Part shown: piece after piece, positions 1-6,708 of the stretch | How the letters are laid out: every line of letters starts with the position of its first letter | How positions within the stretch are numbered: the first letter of the stretch is position 1 | Origin: a virus | Lineage: Duplodnaviria; Caudoviricetes | Direction: 5' to 3' (one strand) | Virus record (IMG/VR): IMGVR_UViG_3300033067_000856 | Coordinates: 1-33,452 of that record | DNA: 33,452 nt | Program-made: the position numbers and the translations under genes | The notes under the pieces: generated by a model | Databases searched by the model: none | The model's input: the letters and a program-made list of their open reading frames with translations, nothing else | What the model was told of the DNA's origin: nothing

Positions 1-519
1 ATCCGCGTGCGTGATGGTTTTGATTACTACGCGTACTTGGGTGACAGATGGCTCAATCCAAACATAACCAACCAGACTGACACGCTCAACGCCCCGTGGG
101 GTCAATTGCACAACGCTGCTATCATCCCTGCTGCAAATAATACATCACTGATGTACGCGCTGCTTGAGTTTGATTTGTGCGCGTTTCCGACTGCGCAGGC
201 TGATGGTAATTTAGTCGTGCTTATCAATGGCGCGATTGTGAACTCAACGATCAGTAATTCATTGGGTAATACAAATTATTTTGCCCGCATACAACTTGAA
301 ATTTTTCGACGGACAGGCGGGTCGATTGGTTATCTGGTTAAGTCGGAAATGGTAGGAACTCCGCTGTTTAGAGGTCTTTACGCTCCGGGTACAGCAGTCC
401 CGTTTGGTATTGACCTGCCGATTGAGTTGAGATTTAGGCCAACCAGTTTCAATACCGTCGAGCACATCTCAACAACTAACTGCACTCTTGCTGTCAAAAA
501 AGTGCAAAACGGGGTATAG
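1..519 (+). CDS. C-terminal part of a tail/fibre-associated protein (5' truncated)
   Basis: Frame open from base 1 to TAG at 517-519; beta-rich composition; directly upstream of the lysis genes, where the last tail gene usually sits. Confidence 0.5.
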   Translation: MRVRDGFDYYAYLGDRWLNPNITNQTDTLNAPWGQLHNAAIIPAANNTSLMYALLEFDLCAFPTAQADGNLVVLINGAIVNSTISNSLGNTNYFARIQLEIFRRTGGSIGYLVKSEMVGTPLFRGLYAPGTAVPFGIDLPIELRFRPTSFNTVEHISTTNCTLAVKKVQNGV

Positions 520-598
520 CATGTGCTCCGCCTGTCTGCACAAAATCAGCAGTCCTTGACTTTGCGATACACTGATCACGACAAGCACGGGGGTTGAT

Positions 599-958
599 AT
601 GAGTGCAGATAAAAGTGTAACAGCAGCACTAGTAGTCAGTCACAAGACTGATCTTTTGCTGCTTGGGTGTGGTGTAGCGTTGACGCTTGGTGTGACAGCA
701 GGGGTGTTATATCCCTTGCCCGAAAACAGCAAGATTAAGTCGGCGTGGATGAAGGGCTTGTTTAGCGTGTCGGGCGGTCTAGCCGCATTTGTTTACATGC
801 TGAGTAAAGGCACGCTCGACGAAATCGGTATACTATGGATTGCAGGCGTAGCGTTTGCTGCGCCAGCCGCCGCCGAAGCGGTGCACGCCATTTTAGTCGG
901 CGCAATCACCGGTGCGGTGCAGGGCGTATCTGATCGTTTTGGACGGGGTGGGCAATGA
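599..958 (+). CDS. Putative holin / lysis membrane protein
   Basis: 119 aa with 3-4 hydrophobic segments; first gene before the endolysin; GGGGG RBS-like run upstream. Confidence 0.6.
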   Translation: MSADKSVTAALVVSHKTDLLLLGCGVALTLGVTAGVLYPLPENSKIKSAWMKGLFSVSGGLAAFVYMLSKGTLDEIGILWIAGVAFAAPAAAEAVHAILVGAITGAVQGVSDRFGRGGQ

Positions 959-1203
959 GTGCTTGCGTTTTTTGGGCTATCGTTTTGGGTGTTTGTGTGT
1001 TGCTGCTATTTATCCCTGATAAGTGGATCAACACGCGGACACGAAAAAACAATGGTCTTGTTTTGCTTGTCATCATCGCATCGTTAGCAGGCATGCAAAG
1101 CTACTATCAAATCACCGCCCCTGCTTTACTGCTCGCCTTTTTGGTTTTTGTCTATCATATCGTCAAGCTTGAAGATCGTCATGGAGTGCATCAGCATGAG
1201 TAA
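955..1203 (+). CDS. Small multi-TM lysis protein (holin/antiholin candidate)
   Basis: 82 aa, three hydrophobic segments separated by a basic loop; ATGA overlap with previous gene; overlaps endolysin start. Confidence 0.55.
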   Translation: MSACVFWAIVLGVCVLLLFIPDKWINTRTRKNNGLVLLVIIASLAGMQSYYQITAPALLLAFLVFVYHIVKLEDRHGVHQHE

Positions 1204-1693
1204 TTTTGAGAAAGCAATTGACCGTGTGCTTGCGCATGAAGGTGGCTACGTCAACGATCCTATGGATCGCGGCGGCGAAACTAACTGGGGTATCACTCGC
1301 AATACAGCAACGTCGGCAGGTTATACCGGCAAGATGCGCGACATGACACGCGATCAGGCTAAAGCAATCTACAAGCGTCTGTACTGGGACACCATTAAAG
1401 CCGACCAAATGCCATTTGCAGTGGCCTACCAAGTGTTTGATGCGGCAGTGAATCACGGCGTCAGTGCTGCATCCAAAATGATTCAGCGTGCCGTTGGCGT
1501 GGCTGATGATGGCGTAATTGGCGCAAATACGCTGCGAGCAATCAACAGCCGATCAGTGCAAAACCTTGTGCTTGAATTTAACGGCGCACGCATTAGCTTT
1601 TATACAGCTATCGCTAAACCGCAGTTTGATCGATTTGGCAAAGGTTGGATGAACCGTGTTGCTCAAAACCTGCGCTATGCTGCTAACGATTAG
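1196..1693 (+). CDS. Endolysin, glycoside hydrolase family 108 with C-terminal peptidoglycan-binding domain
   Basis: HEGGYVNDPMDRGGETNWGIT motif, FDAAVNHG, DGVIGANTL, FGKGWMNR; GGAG RBS before ATG 1196. Confidence 0.93.
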   Translation: MSNFEKAIDRVLAHEGGYVNDPMDRGGETNWGITRNTATSAGYTGKMRDMTRDQAKAIYKRLYWDTIKADQMPFAVAYQVFDAAVNHGVSAASKMIQRAVGVADDGVIGANTLRAINSRSVQNLVLEFNGARISFYTAIAKPQFDRFGKGWMNRVAQNLRYAAND

Positions 1694-1830
1694 CCTATCG
1701 GCCTGCACCGCTCACACTATCAGCGCACCCGTACATGTGACGGTTCAGGTCTGCGTGCCGGTGTGTCGGTAGTGTGTTAAGCTGCATCCAATACGCCCGT
1801 AGCCACTGCCTAGCACGCTACGGTTATCAC

Positions 1831-1858
1831 AAAAAACCGCCATAATCGGCGGTTTTTT
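1831..1858. terminator. Bidirectional intrinsic terminator
   Basis: AAAAAACCGCC-ataatc-GGCGGTTTTTT between convergent operons. Confidence 0.9.
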
Positions 1859-1874
1859 ATTGTCAGGCCATGCG

Positions 1875-2057
1875 CTATTTACTCAGCTTCCGCACCGCCC
1901 GATCAATACGCCGATTCTCAATCGTATTGCTCAAATGCACGATAAACCACACAATCACCCACCATCCCAACGTCAAAAACGACAGGATCAGGTGTAGTAG
2001 GTGGGATGTTTGCTTGCGCTTGGCAAGCAGGGCGAGGGCTTCGATTTGATTGGTCAT
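1875..2057 (-). CDS. Small membrane protein
   Basis: 60 aa with one hydrophobic segment HLLHLILSFLTLGWWVIVWFIV; GGAG RBS. Confidence 0.75.
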   Translation of the reverse strand: MTNQIEALALLAKRKQTSHLLHLILSFLTLGWWVIVWFIVHLSNTIENRRIDRAVRKLSK

Positions 2058-2065
2058 CTTTGCTC

Positions 2066-2341
2066 CTAGTAAACCATTGTTGCCAAGCAGAAAAAATCTT
2101 CGCCATTTTGCTCAACAAGCATATCCATCATGGTCTTGAGTAGTGTTTTTTGGACTGTCGGTCGCTCATTTTCATCTAAGTGAGCCACCATAATCTTTTC
2201 AGCTTCATCAAAACTGACCTCAACCACATCACTGTCTTTCAGATTGTCATCACCAACCATCAAAGCAAATTCGCGGTCAAACACGTCTTTGCTTGGCGCT
2301 GCGTAATAACCATCATCAACAACTTCAAAAATTTTCATCAT
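2066..2341 (-). CDS. Acidic hypothetical protein
   Basis: D/E-rich ORF of about 91 aa coupled within the leftward operon; GGAG upstream. Confidence 0.7.
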   Translation of the reverse strand: MMKIFEVVDDGYYAAPSKDVFDREFALMVGDDNLKDSDVVEVSFDEAEKIMVAHLDENERPTVQKTLLKTMMDMLVEQNGEDFFCLATMVY

Positions 2342-2421
2342 CACATCTCCCACGCATCATCAATCGGGTCGTCGCTATTCGCCACGTCTAAGTCGAGTTC
2401 AAGCTCAAAGTTGGGGTTCAT
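2341..2421 (-). CDS. 26-aa acidic peptide (absent from ORF track)
   Basis: MNPNFELELDLDVANSDDPIDDAWEM*; fills the gap exactly with start/stop overlaps on both sides. Confidence 0.55.
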   Translation of the reverse strand: MNPNFELELDLDVANSDDPIDDAWEM

Positions 2422-2714
2422 GGCTTTGGCACACAAAGATCGACGGGGATATCAACAAACTCCCCAAGCACCGCCAAAACAAAACACTTTGCTTCTGTGT
2501 CATCCTTGATTTTGTCTCCAAAATGTTCCGAACGTCGAAAGCGCATAATCGCATTAAGTTGCAGGCCGCCAAATCGTGGCGTATAGCTCACACAAAATCC
2601 ATGCGAAGCTAGACCACCACGACTCAACATTGGCGTTTGCCCAATTGCCTTGCAGTAAGCCCAATCAAGCGATTCATCTTTAAGATTCGCTGTCGCTACC
2701 TGTAAAGTCCGCAT
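2418..2714 (-). CDS. DUF2591/NinX-like phage protein
   Basis: TANLKDESLDWA N-terminus and LGEFVDIP C-terminus; similar to 2956-3360. Confidence 0.6.
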   Translation of the reverse strand: MRTLQVATANLKDESLDWAYCKAIGQTPMLSRGGLASHGFCVSYTPRFGGLQLNAIMRFRRSEHFGDKIKDDTEAKCFVLAVLGEFVDIPVDLCVPKP

Positions 2715-2959
2715 CACACGCCCTCCTTCTTCACGCATCCCCACCCAACAGGCCGCGCCACATCATCTCTGATGCACACAACTGCCATCCGCTCAGTAAA
2801 GTCTTGATCAAAGCGGTAGTACATTTCACCGGTGCTTTCGCACTGGTACACAACGATTGCGCCGTGTTCCTTCGCTGTGCCCGCAGGCTTGGCGTTCAGT
2901 ACCTTGCGATACCGACCGCCTTTTCCTGCGCATTCGTAGATTTCGACTTTTGGGGTCAT
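2714..2959 (-). CDS. DUF1653-like phage protein
   Basis: KGGRY...IVVYQ...GEMYYR..DF..RM pattern. Confidence 0.5.
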   Translation of the reverse strand: MTPKVEIYECAGKGGRYRKVLNAKPAGTAKEHGAIVVYQCESTGEMYYRFDQDFTERMAVVCIRDDVARPVGWGCVKKEGV

Positions 2960-3360
2960 GGCTGATCCCCACACAGCATCATTGCTATAAACATTGAGCA
3001 AATTTCATCCGGCGCATCAACTTCATCCCCCAACCGCATCGCAACGACGCAACGGGCGACGGCTTCGGCGAGTGTTTTGCCGTGAGCAGACCAATAGCCG
3101 TAAGCAAAATCGCCTTTATCTCCCCAACTCACCAAAACTGAATCGCCAAGACGCAACGGGTCGCGATAATTAACGTCAAGTTTGTGTCGCTCAATCAACC
3201 CCAAGCACACCACTGGGTCGGCGTGGTCGAATCGCAACCAACCCATGATGTCTGACACCACAACTTTGCGTTCAAAACTCAGTGCTGGAGTCTTTTCTAG
3301 CGCCACAGCCAGCGCCCAATCCAACGCCTTTCCTTCAAGGCTTGCGGTGAGGAGTTTCAT
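2956..3360 (-). CDS. DUF2591/NinX-like phage protein
   Basis: TASLEGKALDWALA...AVARCVVAMRLGDEVDAP. Confidence 0.7.
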   Translation of the reverse strand: MKLLTASLEGKALDWALAVALEKTPALSFERKVVVSDIMGWLRFDHADPVVCLGLIERHKLDVNYRDPLRLGDSVLVSWGDKGDFAYGYWSAHGKTLAEAVARCVVAMRLGDEVDAPDEICSMFIAMMLCGDQP

Positions 3361-3797
3361 TTGGTTTCTCCGAGCATATCTACCAATTCATCGAACGGGA
3401 TCGGGCTTTGCAGCGCCTTTGTATACAGGTGCTGAAACTGCACCGCGTTGAGCTTGCGCAGCGTTTCGTATCGCGCATGGCTTGCCTTAAGTCGCTCGTT
3501 TTCAGCCTTACCCTGATCAATCATCCAGCGCAGATCATTGACCATTGCCATGCAAGCGCCCTCGCCATCCAAGTGGTGAGTGATGGTGTCGGGGCTTGCT
3601 CTGCTAAGTGCGTCAAGCACGCGGCAGAACGCATCGGCTTCTGACTCTTTCGACAGTCTTAACTGCTCGTTTTCGGTCTTGAGCTTTTCAATCTCAGCCT
3701 TTGCATCACTCAAGCGCACATATTCACCATCTTCGCACCGCACCATCGTTGCCACACAAGACACCCCACAACAAATGTCTGGTTCAAATCTGTTCAT
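3357..3797 (-). CDS. Hypothetical coiled-coil phage protein
   Basis: DGEYVRLSDA motif followed by heptad-like segments; coupled to neighbours. Confidence 0.65.
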   Translation of the reverse strand: MNRFEPDICCGVSCVATMVRCEDGEYVRLSDAKAEIEKLKTENEQLRLSKESEADAFCRVLDALSRASPDTITHHLDGEGACMAMVNDLRWMIDQGKAENERLKASHARYETLRKLNAVQFQHLYTKALQSPIPFDELVDMLGETK

Positions 3798-4092
3798 CAG
3801 CACCACCTTTCGCCTTCGCAATTACACGCATAGCCTGCGCGACCTCTTGATCTTGCTGATCGGCAGGCAACAGCGCATCGTCATCCCCACCGCGTTTGCC
3901 GTTCCATGCGACCATATTTTCGAGTGCGACGAGCAGGTCAGGGGCGGCTGCGATCAAACAAGCATTGGTTAAAGCATCTAGTCCAACTCCTGTGGTAGCG
4001 ACAGCAATCATCAAGCCGTTTTTAGTGCCAATTGTTTGTTCGCCGTTTGGTGGTGGCGCTCCAACAATCCAAGGCGCAGGTGTATGTGTCAT
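3784..4092 (-). CDS. Conserved phage hypothetical protein (HTPxPW...NAxLIAAAPDLL type)
   Basis: MTHTPAPW and NACLIAAAPDLL motifs; GAGG RBS. Confidence 0.75.
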   Translation of the reverse strand: MTHTPAPWIVGAPPPNGEQTIGTKNGLMIAVATTGVGLDALTNACLIAAAPDLLVALENMVAWNGKRGGDDDALLPADQQDQEVAQAMRVIAKAKGGADEQI

Positions 4093-4122
4093 CTCATCAT
4101 CCTCAATTGACCCCGAAGGGGC

Positions 4123-4656
4123 TTAAAACGGAATTCCAAATTTTTCGCACGCAGTGTTTTCGGCGCGTTTAAGCGCATCATAAAACGCGGGCTTGATCGT
4201 CACACCGGCACAGCGCAGGCCGTCGCAAAACTCTTTCAGCAGATTGCGGTGTACGCAATAGTGACTGTATGACGCAAAGTTAAGGCCAAGACCGTCAATC
4301 CGCGAGCGCAATGTCGCGTCGACTTGTTCGTTTTCGCAAAACTCAAGCGTCGGCACTGGTACAGTGAGCGACGCAACTGAGCGTTGCGCGTCGCCAGCAA
4401 AGGAGTTTTCGTATGCTTGGTTTGATACGGTTTGGATTGCCAAATCATAAAGATTTTTGCATGGCTCATACACTCCAGTGTGAAGACCGATAATATCTCC
4501 AATATATGACGCAAGCTGTTGAGTCGGGATTCGACGAAGTAGTGTATACGCAACCTCTTGTGCGCCAGATTCCGTGCTCAGCAATTCAAGCGCATAATCA
4601 CGCCCGATTTGCTGCGCTACCGCAGGATCGCGGTTAGCTGTTGATTGGTGAGTCAT
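4123..4656 (-). CDS. Hypothetical protein, first gene of leftward operon
   Basis: 177-aa ORF with GGAG RBS; no HTH or S24 peptidase motif recognised. Confidence 0.7.
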   Translation of the reverse strand: MTHQSTANRDPAVAQQIGRDYALELLSTESGAQEVAYTLLRRIPTQQLASYIGDIIGLHTGVYEPCKNLYDLAIQTVSNQAYENSFAGDAQRSVASLTVPVPTLEFCENEQVDATLRSRIDGLGLNFASYSHYCVHRNLLKEFCDGLRCAGVTIKPAFYDALKRAENTACEKFGIPF

Positions 4657-4697
4657 TGCTATCTCCAAAAATCGCGGTCTAATCGCCGCATATCCCC

Positions 4698-4726
4698 ACT
4701 ATCGCACCGTCTCAAATAATAGTCAA
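4698..4726 (-). promoter_or_regulatory. Leftward sigma70-like promoter
   Basis: TTGACT-17 bp-GATAGT with TG extension on minus strand. Confidence 0.6.
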
Positions 4727-4742
4727 GTGTGATAATTAACTA

Positions 4743-4771
4743 TTGACAGACGGCACACACAAGGCTAGATT
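4743..4771 (+). promoter_or_regulatory. Rightward sigma70-like promoter
   Basis: TTGACA-17 bp-TAGATT upstream of the AAGGAG RBS of the Cro-like gene. Confidence 0.75.
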
Positions 4772-4795
4772 GGACTCACAGCAAAGGAGTTATCC

Positions 4796-5017
4796 ATGAT
4801 CGACTGGAAAAAAACCGTAGCCGAGCTTAAACGCTCAAGCAACATGACTAATCAGTTGTTGACCAATGCGGTCAGCAAGCAAGTCGGGCGGCAATTGGCT
4901 GAGTCAACAATAGCCAAAATTGCCAACGGAGAAACCGCCGAGCCTTTCTACAGCACCGGCGCAGCAATCATTACATTGTGCAACCGTCACAACGTAAACA
5001 TCACCATCAAACACTGA
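4796..5017 (+). CDS. Cro-like (XRE) HTH regulator
   Basis: 73 aa; ESTIAKIANGETAEPFYSTG matches a Cro/XRE recognition helix; first gene of rightward operon. Confidence 0.75.
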   Translation: MIDWKKTVAELKRSSNMTNQLLTNAVSKQVGRQLAESTIAKIANGETAEPFYSTGAAIITLCNRHNVNITIKH

Positions 5018-5019
5018 GC

Positions 5020-5046
5020 AAAAAAATCCCCGACCGAAGTCAGGGC
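5020..5046 (-). terminator. Minus-strand intrinsic terminator-like hairpin
   Basis: Minus strand CCCTGAC-TTCG-GTCGGGG followed by ATTTTTTT. Confidence 0.5.
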
Positions 5047-5062
5047 AATGGAGAGTAAAGCA

Positions 5063-5797
5063 ATGAACACCATGATCACACAAAACGCGCCAAGCCTGCA
5101 AGACCACATTAAGGGCTTCAAGACGCTGCACCCTCGCATCAGCTACGCAGACATCGCACAAGAGTCAGGCGTAGCCAAAAACACCGTCATAGCAATTGCC
5201 AACGGTCACAGCACACCGCGCCGGTCAACACGCTTAGCAATCGAAAACGCATTGATCCGCATGGCCGAGCGCGAAGTGGCCAAGAAAGCGTTTTGTGACG
5301 GCGCAAATGCTGCACACTATGCGCTGATCGACGACCAAATCGAAAGCGCGTCAGGCCGCGAAAAGGCGGAATTGCAGACCGCTTTGGTCGAGCGTCTTGA
5401 CCAAATCACTGCTTTGGAGCAAAAGCTGCGCAAGGCCAGCGAACAAGCCCAATCGTCGCTTGCTGATCTCACCAAAGCAAACAAGCGCATTGCCTGCCAA
5501 GCCGAAAACATCGAAGCATTGCAACAACAACTGTCAGCCGAGCGTGTTAGCTACAGCGACAAGATTGAGCGTTTGCAATCCGATCTTGACTTGATGCAGC
5601 ACGAATACACCAAAGCGCAGACAGCTTTGACCAACAGCGACAAGCGCATCACGCAGATTACTCAGGACAAGGTTAAATTGTCGCATGAGCGCGACCGCCT
5701 GCAATCACGCGCCGAAGTTTTCAAAATCACCGCATTTACCTTTGGTGCGCTGTGGTTGGTCACGCTGTTTTGCTTGATCGTTATTTTGGCGGGGTGA
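5063..5797 (+). CDS. HTH + coiled-coil + C-terminal transmembrane protein
   Basis: SYADIAQESGVAKNTVIAIANGHSTPR HTH; long heptad region; terminal hydrophobic helix. Confidence 0.75.
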   Translation: MNTMITQNAPSLQDHIKGFKTLHPRISYADIAQESGVAKNTVIAIANGHSTPRRSTRLAIENALIRMAEREVAKKAFCDGANAAHYALIDDQIESASGREKAELQTALVERLDQITALEQKLRKASEQAQSSLADLTKANKRIACQAENIEALQQQLSAERVSYSDKIERLQSDLDLMQHEYTKAQTALTNSDKRITQITQDKVKLSHERDRLQSRAEVFKITAFTFGALWLVTLFCLIVILAG

Positions 5798-5800
5798 GTC

Positions 5801-5902
5801 ATGGACGATAAAGACTTGAATAAAGCCATTTTTGGCTGCGTGTTTATGATGGGCGTGCTGTTGGTTGCGCTGGTTTATGTGGTTTTTGGGGGTGCATCAT
5901 GA
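5801..5902 (+). CDS. 33-aa single-TM peptide (absent from ORF track)
   Basis: MDDKDLNKAIFGCVFMMGVLLVALVYVVFGGAS*; ATGA overlap with next gene. Confidence 0.6.
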   Translation: MDDKDLNKAIFGCVFMMGVLLVALVYVVFGGAS

Positions 5903-6273
5903 TTGAACGCAAACAAGACCCAACGATGGGGCTGTGGTCACTGCGCCCAAAAAACTACCTTGACCTCAAAGCCAAGCTGCAAGCCGATCTAGCCGCATGG
6001 GACGCGCAGGGCATGCCTTGCACAGCCAAAGCCACAAACGCGACACAATCGCAGCCAAAGGCCGTTACGCGGCCTGCTGCTGGCACTATGGCCGAGCGCG
6101 TGCTGTATGCGCTGGAGCGCGGGCATTTGACTGGCAAGCCTGATACATGGCGCGGCGTATCGCATATGTCGCGAAATGTGATTACCAAGCAGATTTGCTC
6201 GCTACGTCGGCATGGCTACGCAATCAAGACAATCAAGTACGGCGGTCGGGATTTTGGGTATCAGTTGGAGTGA
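5899..6273 (+). CDS. Putative winged-HTH DNA-binding protein
   Basis: C-terminal MSRNVITKQICSLRRHGYAI...GYQL resembles HTH_11-type winged helix. Confidence 0.6.
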   Translation: MIERKQDPTMGLWSLRPKNYLDLKAKLQADLAAWDAQGMPCTAKATNATQSQPKAVTRPAAGTMAERVLYALERGHLTGKPDTWRGVSHMSRNVITKQICSLRRHGYAIKTIKYGGRDFGYQLE

Positions 6274-6274
6274 T

Positions 6275-6296
6275 GGCCGCCTTCGGGCGGTTTTTT
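6275..6296 (+). terminator. Intrinsic terminator
   Basis: GGCCGCC-TTCG-GGCGGTTTTTT. Confidence 0.9.
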
Positions 6297-6311
6297 AATG
6301 CTCCAAAAAGC

Positions 6312-6427
6312 AAAAAGCCGTCGAACTCTGACCCTCGACGGCCTTGCTTGAATCTAGGATTCAGTATGAGTGCAAGTGACTACGTTTTCGCAGACGGTTT
6401 TCACAAGCATATTGGGCAAGCCCAACA
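6312..6427 (-). ncRNA. Candidate small RNA 1
   Basis: TTGCTT-16 bp-TATATT promoter (6433-6460, TG extension); hairpins TTGGG/CCCAA, CTGCG/CGTAG, TGAATC/GATTCA; terminator GCCGTCGA/TCGACGGC + T5 (6312-6342). Confidence 0.5.
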
Positions 6428-6461
6428 AAGGCAATATAGCACAATGAAAACGAAAAGCAAA

Positions 6462-6620
6462 TAAAAACCGCCCCAAGTATCACAAGGGGCGGTCACGTTC
6501 ATTCAACCTCACCACACATTTTACACACTGCGCGTTGCCTGCATTGGGTAGGACAAAACAGGCGTCTGGTTGGAAGCCAGACAATGGACGCGCTTTCGTC
6601 ATGTGCTATGACGCGATAAA
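6462..6620 (-). ncRNA. Candidate C4-like antisense RNA (small RNA 2)
   Basis: Promoter TTCACC-17 bp-TATACC (6624-6652); hairpin CGTCAT/ATGACG; three-way junction GCGCGT/ACGCGC (6530-6593) with arms GTCTGG-CTTCCAA-CCAGAC and GCCTGT/GCAGGC; terminator ACCGCCCC/GGGGCGGT + T run. Confidence 0.6.
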
Positions 6621-6669
6621 GCAGGTATAGCATGGGATTGGATGGCGGTGAAGTGTTGTTTGTCGGATA

Positions 6670-6703
6670 GCGCACCGCCTGCCTATATCAGAAAAACTGA
6701 TTA
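6670..6703 (+). repeat. 34-bp direct repeat, copy 1
   Basis: GCGCACCGCCTGCCTATATCAGAAAAACTGATTA; 32/34 identical to 7648-7681. Confidence 0.95.
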
Positions 6704-6708
6704 AAACC

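Noticed and set aside
522-560. GTGCTCCGCCTGTCT...ATCAGCA faintly resembles the 34-bp repeat
   Set aside because: Needs several mismatches and a gap, and lacks the CTGAT half-site
1740-1780. CAGGTC within a long hairpin suggested SRP (4.5S) RNA
   Set aside because: Lacks the GNRA-capped helix and AGCAG internal loop of SRP RNA
6320-6327. GTCGAACT shared with the antirepressor leader (8439-8446)
   Set aside because: Mostly buried in a terminator stem and only 8 nt
6394-6401. AAAACCGT in small RNA 1 matches the origin iterons
   Set aside because: Only 8 nt and same sense as the initiator mRNA; expected by chance
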